Below, one piece after another: positions 40,201 through 47,546 of a DNA stretch of 64,000 bases. Each line of letters begins with the position of its first letter. The first letter of the stretch is position 1. Made by a program: the position numbers and the translations under genes. Under the pieces are notes generated by a model that saw only the letters and a list, made by a program, of their open reading frames with translations, searched no databases and was not told the origin of the DNA. The stretch is from Planctomycetales bacterium (GTDB lineage Bacteria > Planctomycetota > Planctomycetia > Pirellulales > Pirellulaceae): assembly GCA_020426625.1 (NCBI GenBank), contig JAGQPR010000001.1:18992-82991 (forward strand), read 5' to 3'.

Positions 40201-40576
40201 GCGACGGTCGTGAGTGCTGCAGATTGATAGACAATTCGCGTTTGAGATAGTCCAGTGTTTCCTGCGGATTCTCATCATACGTGAGCAGCCGTTGCCTCGT
40301 CAGCATGGAGCGATTCTTTGCCGACTCGCCTAGTTGGGTACGCCAAGCGTCAAGCATCGCCTGCGCGTTGGCGAATTGACCTTCGTTTTGAAAATGGAGG
40401 CAATGGTAATAGAAGTACTCTTCAGTGCCTGGAATCAATTCCTGCAGTACGGCACGGCGATCCTCGGCAAGTGCAAATCGCTCGCTATATCCGACCTCTT
40501 GTTGTGCTAGCACTTGAGCCGCTCCAGAAAAGAAAATGATCAGTAGGACTTTCATGCTACGCGGAACGGGAAACAT
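34280..40576 (-). CDS. giant secreted protein of unknown function (2098 aa)
   Basis: This is one uninterrupted ORF with signal peptide 'MKVLLIIFFSGAAQVLAQQ'. It has a helical repeat-like N-terminus, a long beta-rich middle, a TPR-like segment 'YFDAYLDFYRGEYDHAREVAQRF' and a terminal beta-sandwich-like 'GAYVKVYARHADGSVRFFKDGYTDLRGYFDY'. I see no catalytic motif and no thioester CxEQ. Confidence 0.8.
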   Translation of the reverse strand: MFPVPRSMKVLLIIFFSGAAQVLAQQEVGYSERFALAEDRRAVLQELIPGTEEYFYYHCLHFQNEGQFANAQAMLDAWRTQLGESAKNRSMLTRQRLLTYDENPQETLDYLKRELSINLQHSRPSRDRAAQLANSLDNTRLQTNSLLQSVVARDKSLGQLEQAGLWLLIEEQLSVDQLRALLGRLERADLPGVVARIAEELKLKDTKGFGWANIHQRLTLEQLEQLQQTVPTLLGHEAFVRAYTARLAPPEGQTLSDKDTLREYLDRLLAWSNRLPESQNSFKALVLGNLLRLDMSEGIYNRQRFLAYLQLPRSAPYYNTTRFERQRVSLAELNYSMQPQAALQPIADDTTLVRRYLEQFLKSQDDLSEFAQFLDRDYLRRVRAETSILYGLGDATTAYAQLTPGEQKEIKERVEVRFAPQNQTQLSPTDAVVLDVEIKNAPQLIVKIYEINTLNHYRNHPQAPGTDLDLDGLVANTQRTIEFSHASQLRHDEKIPLPELAGRGIWVVDLLGGGIRSRALIQKGTLVALERMGDAGHVFRIVDEAGHPQPQAHIELNSKSFMPDKTGQIVVPYAETQTTRQLLLVDQDLTAQQVLAHFNESYQLQAGFLVDRQSLVAGLQATIAIRTRLECNGRATSIELLESPQLTVRATDLDGIATTQTTSLDDLSDGDEVLHQFLVPQRLAQLQFVLEGKVRNVSRGELQTVRSEYSLACNAICKTEQIADFYLVPTPNAFKLHVIGRNGEAIPSLPVNLAIKLNAFKAEQRFTLATDERGHIDLGKLAEVDSIVATANGIRSVAFLPKMFHRRWPVSVVVPMSNDLVLPLGKSTVANSSFRLFEIRNNTTYRDASRHIELQPGRLIISDWQAGEYILHDYEGQQRLRIFVAAGEEHHGFVVGKHQIAQTNNPPAITIQSAEIDDGQLKIRVAGADAMTRVHVIADAFMPSSDQAEHFQFPFPTSSVGRWQPARNHFVDSLRLDEEYQYILDRQSAKKFPGNMLVQPTLLIHPWELSVAESTTRQAAAGDALPASPAPDLNSRMSRGEAEAQMAISSPDWKCFDFLASGAVIAGNLGLANGSVSIPLEALRNSSHVTVVAVHPTTVDSRQVVVPNHQLSSRDQRLESAFGSDQHLVQTHTVEVLQAGTVRELGDPRSKRLQTFTSIADVFQLYATILNNPEWEKFRFVGNWHELSPEAQLAAYDEMACHELNVFLYHKDRPFFERVIRPFLTQKMDKQLVDRWLLEEPIDQYANLWQLDRLNTLERVLLASRVPQAEATVQRWLNEYLEANKLDENLRNQRFEIALRGSLLGSSGGRTLEELSAAGGGFGGSMNFDGARLGESLAESDPRMPPTARAMRAQANAKASRDAVPEALTAQFDDNFFGSDRKMLGLPSNRFFQSLKPTRVWAETHYHHVKLEDQLPSLIPANPFWQEYLTNEADTFLPMNLDLACSNVSEALLALAVVDLPFEPKGSKLDIENGQIVLRSETPGIVYLESVQPTPENAQSNEAARILVGQEIYLSNPGDRQQDVSPLGNSPLLKGTAYVARVVVTNTSNQQQQVYVLTQLPQGTIPLQGNQQTRSTPLKLNAYSTAQVEYRFYFPNSGSFDHYGAQVNDAEGTLASAAHRTIRVLDAPESVDENTWSYVADWGTNGQVIDYLTQANLQQLDLSRIAFRMQDTDFYKSVIELLASAGRFDATLWAYSLQHADPARIEQFLQQRADLIAQLGPVLRSPLLTLNPQQQHSYQHLDFNPLVVARFHQLGTQRVILNPRLHGHYHDLMNVISHNSKLMDDQRMQVCYYMILQNRIEEALTWFSQVTEQRARASMQYAYFDAYLDFYRGEYDHAREVAQRFANYPVPRWNSMFRQVLEQIAAREAILAGNSLPPLDENEPQLDPTQKLLAGTRESQQTVAAAVSPALSLQNRGEKAVVNYQNLESLQVNYYLMDIELLFSREPFVSQGDGRVPVIEPNQTQKLELPTKTGSAEIPIPQEVRNRNVLVEVTAAGLSSSLVVTANSLNARLLPSQGQIHVQSRLDSSPATGAYVKVYARHADGSVRFFKDGYTDLRGYFDYASLSTADLDTTQRLAILVMDQQLGTVVLETIPPTR

Positions 40577-41219
40577 TGCGTACTCCAGTGATCTGATTGA
40601 ACTTTACAGGTTGCGGTCAAGTTTAGGTCGCAATTCACTACTTGAACCGCAGTGCCGACCCGGTCGAACTAGTCTGCAGTTGTTCCGAAACACAGGGAAC
40701 ATGGTCACTCCTGGGCATGAGCGCTACTGGCTGCAGGTGGGCCGAAGGAGTTTGAAAACCTAATGCCCCACGTATAAAATCGTCATTCTCGGAAAAATCG
40801 GACCGCGACGAGGTCCTCAAAGCATTCTTTTCCAGTTCAGAAATGTAGACGCGGGTACCGAAATTGCAGTTCCCGAAAAGTCAGAACCGGGCGGCTGTAA
40901 TGCTTGCTTCCATAGAATTGTGTCGGCCCTTGGAATGTTGATTTAATTACTGGCGACATATATTCTCACCTCTCTCGGCGGCGCACGAGCGTTCGGGAGA
41001 GGTCGGACGTAATGCGGCCGGGGGCGGGTCTGTGGCTTTGCGTCTGTAGAGTCTTAGTTTCCAGGTGCGCACTGTTTGCAAAGGCCATAGCTAACGTACC
41101 CCGAACAGAAAGTAGAGGGCACTGGGCGGTCGCGGTCTGCCATCACGCAAATCGTTGCGCACCGCCGGATACTACGCTCACACACCTGCGAATTCTTCGA
41201 CGCCAAGTCCGACGATGCC

Positions 41220-42059
41220 CTACAAATTTGCAGTTTGGCTTGGACATTCTTTCAAGACTTCCAGGGCATAATCGTAAACCGCCGCATTGCAGCCCAGTCC
41301 ATCGCCACCGAAAACGTGAGGCTCCCCGCGCCAGCTCGAGAATTTACCGCCAGCCTCTTCAACGATAGGCTGTACAGCAGCTAAATCCCAAGGATTGGCA
41401 ATGGGGTCGACCATCAACTCCGCTCGACCCGTGGCGACCAACATGTAGCCGTAGCCGTCTCCCCACGATCGCGTGACGTAGGCGGTCTTCTCAAAAGATC
41501 GATAGGCCTGCTCTGCGCCACGTTTCCCGAAGCTATCGACCTGCGAAACCACAAAAAGTCCGTCCTCGAGTGACTTTTGTGAAACCTCGCAGCGCTGTGG
41601 AATTTGATCTTGTTTGCTATGCCAGGCACCCTGCCCACGAACAGCATAGATGATCTCGTCCAGGGCAGGAACGTAGATGACGCCAGCCAAACATTCTCGC
41701 CCTTTTACGACGCCAACGAGAGTCGAATACAAGGGCACGCCACAGATGAAACTTTTTGTGCCATCGATGGGATCGATGATCCATTGGTACTCGGACGTCC
41801 CAGCTGAATTGCCGAACTCCTCCCCAAGAATTGCGTCCGTGGGAAAACTTTGTTGCAATAACTCTCGAATCAGCTGCTCTGCGTTTCGATCCGCAACGGT
41901 TACCGGTGACGCATCGCCCTTGCGGTCTACTTGAAGCCCTGATGATTGGAAGTGTTCTAGAGTTGACTGTCCGGCTGCATGAGCCAATTCGACGGCCAGA
42001 GCCAGCCTGCCGTCCAGGGCCTGAAGCAGGGATTTCTCGATTCTAGTACTATGAATCAT
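41220..42059 (-). CDS. inositol monophosphatase family protein (IMPase / histidinol-phosphatase-like)
   Basis: 279 aa with 'ILGEEFG', 'WIIDPIDGTKSF' and 'WDLAAVQPIVEEAGG'. Confidence 0.88.
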   Translation of the reverse strand: MIHSTRIEKSLLQALDGRLALAVELAHAAGQSTLEHFQSSGLQVDRKGDASPVTVADRNAEQLIRELLQQSFPTDAILGEEFGNSAGTSEYQWIIDPIDGTKSFICGVPLYSTLVGVVKGRECLAGVIYVPALDEIIYAVRGQGAWHSKQDQIPQRCEVSQKSLEDGLFVVSQVDSFGKRGAEQAYRSFEKTAYVTRSWGDGYGYMLVATGRAELMVDPIANPWDLAAVQPIVEEAGGKFSSWRGEPHVFGGDGLGCNAAVYDYALEVLKECPSQTANL

Positions 42060-42093
42060 GGCTAATTATGTGGGAAAACTCCTGCGTGGATGC

Positions 42094-42687
42094 TTACTTT
42101 GCGTCGGCGGCGATCGCTTCCCCCTCCTCTTGCATGCTCGCAGGAGGAGCCATGAGAAAAGAATGAATGGCCAGCATGAAAGCGCCGCACACCAAGAAAC
42201 TATCGGCAATATTGAAATTAGGCCAAACCCAATCGCTGTTGTATTGGAAGAGAATCCAGTCGCGAACTCCACTCTTCCACATCGGCATATCGACCGGGGG
42301 ATTCCATAAACCTAGGCGATCGTACAAATTGCCGAAAACCCCAGCCATCACCGAAGACAGGGCGATCAACAGCCACCAGCTTTCTATGGCACGAAACAAG
42401 CTCAACCATACTACGATGGCGACAGCAGCGAGCAAAGATAGCGCGGCAAACAGGCTACCGTAGCCTTCTCCCAGACCAAACAGTGCACCGGGGTTGACTG
42501 CGGTCTCGATTCCAACATAGGGCTGATACAGCCAGTACGGTGGATTTATACCGGGCAGTCCTCGCCAACTGAAGATCCATTGCTTAGTAAGCAAGTCAAT
42601 GGCAGTTCCCGATGTCGACAGTAGCAAGAACGTTGACCAACGTACCCAGGCAACGCGACGGGAGCTACACCCGGGAGTTGTTGACAC
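42094..42687 (-). CDS. lspA: lipoprotein signal peptidase (signal peptidase II)
   Basis: It has 'AIDLLTKQW', 'FGNLYDRL', 'VRDWI' and 'WPNFNIADS'. The GTG at 42687 lies 1 nt after the upstream stop. The track's ATG at 42816 would overlap the DksA-like gene by 128 nt. Confidence 0.8.
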   Translation of the reverse strand: MSTTPGCSSRRVAWVRWSTFLLLSTSGTAIDLLTKQWIFSWRGLPGINPPYWLYQPYVGIETAVNPGALFGLGEGYGSLFAALSLLAAVAIVVWLSLFRAIESWWLLIALSSVMAGVFGNLYDRLGLWNPPVDMPMWKSGVRDWILFQYNSDWVWPNFNIADSFLVCGAFMLAIHSFLMAPPASMQEEGEAIAADAK

Positions 42688-42688
42688 T

Positions 42689-43501
42689 TCAGCCTTCCAA
42701 ACGAGAGGCACACTTGACACAGTATGGGGTATCCGGCAGCACTTCCAATCGAGCTCGCGGAATGCGACCTCCGCACTCCTCACATGCACCGTACGAACCA
42801 TCCTGGAACTTTGCAAGGGCAGCTTCGATTTGATCCAGTCGATCGCCGTCGGACGACAGCAAATTCAGCGTAAACTCTTGCTCAAAACTGTGCGTGCCAA
42901 CTTCCGCAGGATGAATGGGCGCATGATTGTCCGCTGCCGCATCCGAGCCACCCAACGCTTCTTTGGACATCATATTGACATCCCCATGCAGTCTACGCCG
43001 CAACGTTAGTAACAGATCGCGAAACTTGTCGTAATCCGCAACCGCTCTGCCAACGATCGCAGCGCTAGTATCGTTGGCATTCATTTCCGTCTTGACGGAG
43101 CCATTCTTTAACTTGGCAGTAACCCGTTTCACCCCAGTGCTGGGTGCTGCTCCGCCTTTGGAGCTTCTGGGCTCTTTTTTGGTAGCCAGCTTCTTCGCCT
43201 TAGATTTGCTAGCGGCTGGGGTACTGGCGACCGACGAGCCGCGTTTGGCTTTTGAGTCTTTAACGCCAACGGTCGACTTCTTAGTAGGCAACTTCTTGGC
43301 GGTCGGCTTCTTGTTGGCCGATTTCTTGGAAGCTACAGAATTCTTTGCCACTGCAGCTTTCTTAGTAGTTGTGGCCTTAGCAGACGGCCGAGCAGACTTT
43401 TTAGCCGTGGAGCCGGTAGTGGCTGGCTTGGCCTTGGTCGTCTTGCGAGCCGACCCTTTGCCAGAAGCTGCCTTTCGAGTTGGGCTTTTCTTTGGACTCA
43501 A
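42689..43501 (-). CDS. DksA/TraR C4 zinc-finger protein with Lys/Ala/Thr-rich histone-H1-like N-terminal extension
   Basis: 270 aa. About 150 N-terminal residues are basic low-complexity sequence ('KKSPTRKAASGKGSARKTTKAKPATT...KKPTAKKLPTKKS'). A coiled-coil region follows, then 'CEECGGRIPRARLEVLPDTPYCVKCA'. Confidence 0.82.
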   Translation of the reverse strand: MSPKKSPTRKAASGKGSARKTTKAKPATTGSTAKKSARPSAKATTTKKAAVAKNSVASKKSANKKPTAKKLPTKKSTVGVKDSKAKRGSSVASTPAASKSKAKKLATKKEPRSSKGGAAPSTGVKRVTAKLKNGSVKTEMNANDTSAAIVGRAVADYDKFRDLLLTLRRRLHGDVNMMSKEALGGSDAAADNHAPIHPAEVGTHSFEQEFTLNLLSSDGDRLDQIEAALAKFQDGSYGACEECGGRIPRARLEVLPDTPYCVKCASRLEG

Positions 43502-43688
43502 TGAACTCTTCCCGTAAATACAGGGGGTCGGCGTGCGGAGATGGTAGGCAAATTCTGGAATTCTGTCAAACTGAGATGATCTACTTTATGAGAAACGTAA
43601 AGGCGTCATAGGTACCCACTCCGATATAACGCCAATATCCTGACCAAAGTCAGCCCAATGTGCCGAAAATAGCTATTATAGGTGAATT

Positions 43689-45125
43689 ATGGCCGACACA
43701 AAGTTGGCAAGAACGAACTCAATGCAGCTGGAGAGCGGTGTGGCTCACCAGCGTTGCATCAATCCACAGTGCAGAGCCACGTTGGACATCGCCCAAGTTC
43801 GAACTGCCTGCGATCGCTGCGGTGACCTACTAGATATTGAATACGATTGGTCGAAGACTGCGGTTCCCAAGCGATTGAGCGATTTTGAACAAATGTGGAG
43901 CCAGCGCCATTTGCCTCTGCGATTTAGCGGAGTGTGGCGGTTCCATGAATTGTTGCCTTTTGCGCCTGCCGACAAGGTGGTCACCGTCGGCGAAGGGCAG
44001 ACTTTGCTGCAACAGTCGAATGAAGTGGGTAAGTATGTTGGGATGGCAGCCGAAAAACTCTATCTTCAATACGAAGGTATGAACCCATCGGGCAGCTTCA
44101 AAGACAATGGCATGTGCGCCGCATTCACCCATGCTCGGCTGACAGGTGCCAAACGCGCGGCGTGTGCTTCCACAGGAAATACCAGCGCGTCGCTGGCGAT
44201 GTACAGTTCCGTTACGCGACTAATGAAAGCGGTGATTTTCATCGGTAGCGGCAAAATATCCTACGGCAAACTGTCTCAGGCGCTGGACTACGGTGCGCTG
44301 ACGGTACAAATCGCGGGCGATTTTGACGATGCGATGCTCCGGGTCAAAGAGGTCTCCAAGGACTTGGGAATCTACTTGGTCAATAGCATTAACCCCTTCC
44401 GCTTGGAGGGACAGAAAACAGTCATGCTCCGTGTGCTCGAAGCATTGCGATGGAATGTCCCAGATTGGATCGTGGTTCCCGGCGGCAATCTCGGCAATTC
44501 CAGCGCGTTTGGCAAAGCCTTCATTGAGCTTAAAGAGCTGGGGTTGATCAATCGCGTGCCTCGCTTGGCGGTCATCAACGCAGCGGGTGCGGACACCCTG
44601 TTTCAACTTTACGAGCGACGAGGGCTGCGTTGGAACAATGGTCAGCCAGATATGGCCATTATCGGAGATTACTACAGCGACCTGGACACTCGAAAGGCCA
44701 AGGCGGATACGATCGCCAGCGCCATAGAGATCAATCGTCCGGTCAACTTGCAGAAGTGCCTGCGTGCACTCGATTTCTGCGATGGTGTGGTCCGCAAGGT
44801 TACCGACCAAGAAATCTTGGATGCCAAAGCTCAAGTTGGCGCTGGTGGGATCGGCTGCGAACCAGCCAGTGCAGCAAGCGTGGCGGGCGCCAAACTTCTA
44901 CGTGAAGAAGGGGTCATTGCTCCCTCGGAGCAAGTAGTGTGCATTTTGACTGGGCACCAACTGAAAGATCCCACTGCGACTGTTGCCTATCATTCGACCG
45001 ACCAAGATCAATTCAACGATGTGTTAGGCAAGCGTGGCGTTAGCCGAGCTTCCTTTGCGAATCGCGCGATTGCGGTACCGAACGACCTGGACGATATCGT
45101 TCGCGCCATCCAGTTGTACAGCTAA
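43689..45125 (+). CDS. thrC: threonine synthase
   Basis: 478 aa. It has an N-terminal zinc-ribbon-like '[10 protein letters not shown]...CDRCGDLL', the PLP-lysine motif 'SGSFKDNGM' and '[10 protein letters not shown]'. Confidence 0.9.
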   Translation: MADTKLARTNSMQLESGVAHQRCINPQCRATLDIAQVRTACDRCGDLLDIEYDWSKTAVPKRLSDFEQMWSQRHLPLRFSGVWRFHELLPFAPADKVVTVGEGQTLLQQSNEVGKYVGMAAEKLYLQYEGMNPSGSFKDNGMCAAFTHARLTGAKRAACASTGNTSASLAMYSSVTRLMKAVIFIGSGKISYGKLSQALDYGALTVQIAGDFDDAMLRVKEVSKDLGIYLVNSINPFRLEGQKTVMLRVLEALRWNVPDWIVVPGGNLGNSSAFGKAFIELKELGLINRVPRLAVINAAGADTLFQLYERRGLRWNNGQPDMAIIGDYYSDLDTRKAKADTIASAIEINRPVNLQKCLRALDFCDGVVRKVTDQEILDAKAQVGAGGIGCEPASAASVAGAKLLREEGVIAPSEQVVCILTGHQLKDPTATVAYHSTDQDQFNDVLGKRGVSRASFANRAIAVPNDLDDIVRAIQLYS

Positions 45126-45188
45126 GTCGCAGTTGCGTTTGCGGTGATGGGGTATAAATGTCCCATTCTGGGATGCAGAATCTTCTCT

Positions 45189-45212
45189 CCGCTCTCACTA
45201 TGGGGAGAGCGG
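45189..45212 (+). terminator. candidate hairpin downstream of thrC
   Basis: An 8-bp stem ccgctctc / gagagcgg with an 8-nt loop lies 64 nt after the thrC stop. It is followed by 'ttcgtcgg', a weak U-tract. Confidence 0.3.
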
Positions 45213-45425
45213 TTCGTCGGAGGCTCGTTGTTTGGGCGGCATGTTTTTCGCCTGCTGGACCTCAGCCGACTTTCAGACCCCGACATAAAGCGTTGCGGCT
45301 GCTAGAAAATCGTCGTGGCGCTGGCTCGCCGACCGCCTGCTCACCCAGGACGTGAAGAAGGCACGTTAGCGGCGGAATTGCAGATGTAGGGTTGGAATAA
45401 CTTACCTCCCCGCCAGCTCGCCGTG

Positions 45426-45662
45426 TTAAAGCGGCTTCACTTTAGTCTGGCTGCGTTGGCCGACGGAATAAGCATGTGAGGCTGCAGCAACCGGTGCGAG
45501 TATTAAAAAGCCAGCAATCAGTGGAAGCCATCGCTCGGGCGCGTCCATGTTGTGTAGGGCGTAGTCTAGCACGGCATAAAGAATTCCCGCAATAACGCCG
45601 TAAATGATGCCAATCTTCAATCCTGCGTTCCAAACTCGTCCGTCCGCATCTGGTGTCAGCAT
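45426..45662 (-). CDS. hypothetical small membrane protein
   Basis: 78 aa with two hydrophobic helices ('LKIGIIYGVIAGILYAVL', 'LPLIAGFLILAPVAAA'). No family recognised. Confidence 0.4.
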   Translation of the reverse strand: MLTPDADGRVWNAGLKIGIIYGVIAGILYAVLDYALHNMDAPERWLPLIAGFLILAPVAAASHAYSVGQRSQTKVKPL

Positions 45663-46255
45663 GTTGGTATAGGTGCTTTCGCAGCTGAAGTGATTTCCAG
45701 CGAATCTCTATGATCGCTTAGAATGTTGTGTGTCGTAGTAAACGAAACTAATCGGCGAAAGTTGTAGTCACCTGGTCGAGAGCGTACGATGTCCCACGTA
45801 CCTGGAACTCACAACTCAGGTGCATCGCTTGGCTATCGGACGACGCGTTTGGTTCCCCAATCACGGTAGATTGACTTAAGCGTACCAATTTCCGGTAACC
45901 GTTGCTAGCTCATCGGAGTAGCAATGCCGCAGAATCAGCGAGCCGAAACTGCGTCCGTTCTCATCTGGGTCGTGAAAGCATTGACTCTAACAAGAAAATG
46001 TTCGCCAGGCTAATACGCTCGCCCGATGAACATGACGGTTCGTTCAGGGTAGTTTGTCGCTCGGAGCAACTCCGCACTGCGTGGGCTTGGGGGTAGCCCT
46101 TCCCCGTTGAAACTGACCATCCTTTATCAGCCACTTTTCAGCCCATCGACATCTCTGCCAATGAAGTTCGTGACCAGGTCTCGCAAAGGATTGCGATCTC
46201 ATCAAATAGAACAATGTGCTGCGAGTTCTTGGGGAGTAGGCACCTGGTGGACATG

Positions 46256-47410
46256 TCATGAGCGAAATGTTCTCCTGTATTCGCCAGGAGAAACACCAAC
46301 CTCGCGTTTGAATGCCGCTCCAAGGTACTCTGAATGCTCAAAGCCAAGTCGCTCTGCTATTTGGGGGACCGACAATTCTGTGTCAAGGAGCAGTTCTTTC
46401 GCGCGATTCATCCTGACTCGCTGAATCTCCTCGTGCGGCGTACGTCCCACCAGCTTTTTGAAGCGGTGCTCGAATGCGCGTCGTGACAGTTCAATTTGGT
46501 CGAGAACATCGTTAACGCGGATATTCGCAGAGGCCATTCGCCGAATATACTGCAGCGCTTTCCCAATTTGATCGTCGTCGATCGCAACCGTGTCGGTGGA
46601 GTCGCGCAGTCGTACACCGAGCGGTTGAGTCATGAGCGGTTGATCGTCCGTGAGCGATTCACCGTCCATCATGCGATCGAGAAGCCTGGCCGCTTCGTAG
46701 CCTGTTTGCTTCGTATCTGGGATAATGCTCGAGAGCGATGGTTCCGAAAGCTCGCAAATTAAGTGATCGTTGTCGACGCCAAGTACGGCCACTTCGGTCG
46801 GAACTGGGACGCCCAATTGTCGACAAGCATCGAGCACCTCGTGCGCTTTGAAGTCATAGCAGCCCATGATCCCAATCGGGCGCGGGAGTTTCGTGATCCA
46901 ATCCATGATTCGTTGCTTTTCTGCAACAGCATTAAAGGATTGGGCGTATCGAGCGATCGACTGATGCTCAAAGAACTGGCAGCCGGTGGATTCGACATAT
47001 TGGCGAAAGTGTTTTCCGCGTTGTAGTGACCATTGAAATCCGGCATCGCCACAATACGCCAGGCTTCGGAAGCCTCGCTCAGCAAAATGTTGAAATGCCA
47101 ACTTCGCTATCGCTTTGTCATCTGTATCCGCCCATGGAACCCCCTTGATATACCTTGCGGCACTGAGGTCAACGATCGGAACACCACATCGAACGAGTCG
47201 ACGACCTATCGCGTCGGTTTCAATCCGCGCAATGATACCGTCTCCGCCCCAGGTTTCTAACCAGGCTGGTGGAGCGGCGCCGCGTTCTTGTTCCGTCAAG
47301 TAAACGGACCAGTTCCGATGAACCTTCGTGTAGGCAATCACTCCTTCGAAAAGCCCACGGCTGTAGCCGTTAGAGGTTTCGATCAGCAACGCGACGTTTC
47401 GGCGGCCCAT
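46256..47410 (-). CDS. XylR-type regulator (periplasmic-binding-protein-like sensor + AraC-family HTH)
   Basis: 384 aa. The N-terminal sugar-binding fold begins 'VALLIETSNGYSRGLFEGV'. The C-terminal AraC HTH is 'RRAFEHRFKKLVGRTPHEEIQRVRMNRAKELLLDTELSVPQIAERLGFEHSEYLGAAFKREVGVSPGEYR'. Confidence 0.85.
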   Translation of the reverse strand: MGRRNVALLIETSNGYSRGLFEGVIAYTKVHRNWSVYLTEQERGAAPPAWLETWGGDGIIARIETDAIGRRLVRCGVPIVDLSAARYIKGVPWADTDDKAIAKLAFQHFAERGFRSLAYCGDAGFQWSLQRGKHFRQYVESTGCQFFEHQSIARYAQSFNAVAEKQRIMDWITKLPRPIGIMGCYDFKAHEVLDACRQLGVPVPTEVAVLGVDNDHLICELSEPSLSSIIPDTKQTGYEAARLLDRMMDGESLTDDQPLMTQPLGVRLRDSTDTVAIDDDQIGKALQYIRRMASANIRVNDVLDQIELSRRAFEHRFKKLVGRTPHEEIQRVRMNRAKELLLDTELSVPQIAERLGFEHSEYLGAAFKREVGVSPGEYRRTFRS

Positions 47411-47546
47411 TCTTCTTGATGTACCGTCCCTAATGGAGTGTCTGATAACTCGCCTGAGTCGAACAATACGCGTCGCTATCGTTCGACTGGTTCCAATACC
47501 AACCCGTCGAGCCTCGCCAATGCCAAGCTATTGGAGAAATCGATGC

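Noticed and set aside
40880-40910. 'gaaaagtcagaaccgggcgg', reminiscent of RNase P RNA conserved regions (GGAAAGUCCGGGC / ACAGAACCCGGCU).
   Set aside because: The two similarities overlap each other instead of lying ~300 nt apart, and no surrounding P1-P4 pairing is visible. I judge it a chance match, and only an Infernal scan could revive it.
43074-43517. 147-aa plus-strand ORF and apparent DNA low-complexity repeat.
   Set aside because: It is the mirror image of the Lys/Ala-rich coding tract of the H1-like/DksA gene on the minus strand. The repetitiveness reflects codon-level low complexity, not a DNA repeat element or a CRISPR-like array.
45663-46255. 593-bp gap without genes, checked for tRNA/ncRNA and small ORFs (45902-46096, 46044-46259).
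   Set aside because: There is no tRNA-like T-arm (GTTCRAnnC) or acceptor pairing. The ORFs are not protein-like, and only a 6-bp stem (ttgcta/tagcaa) is present. I leave it unannotated.
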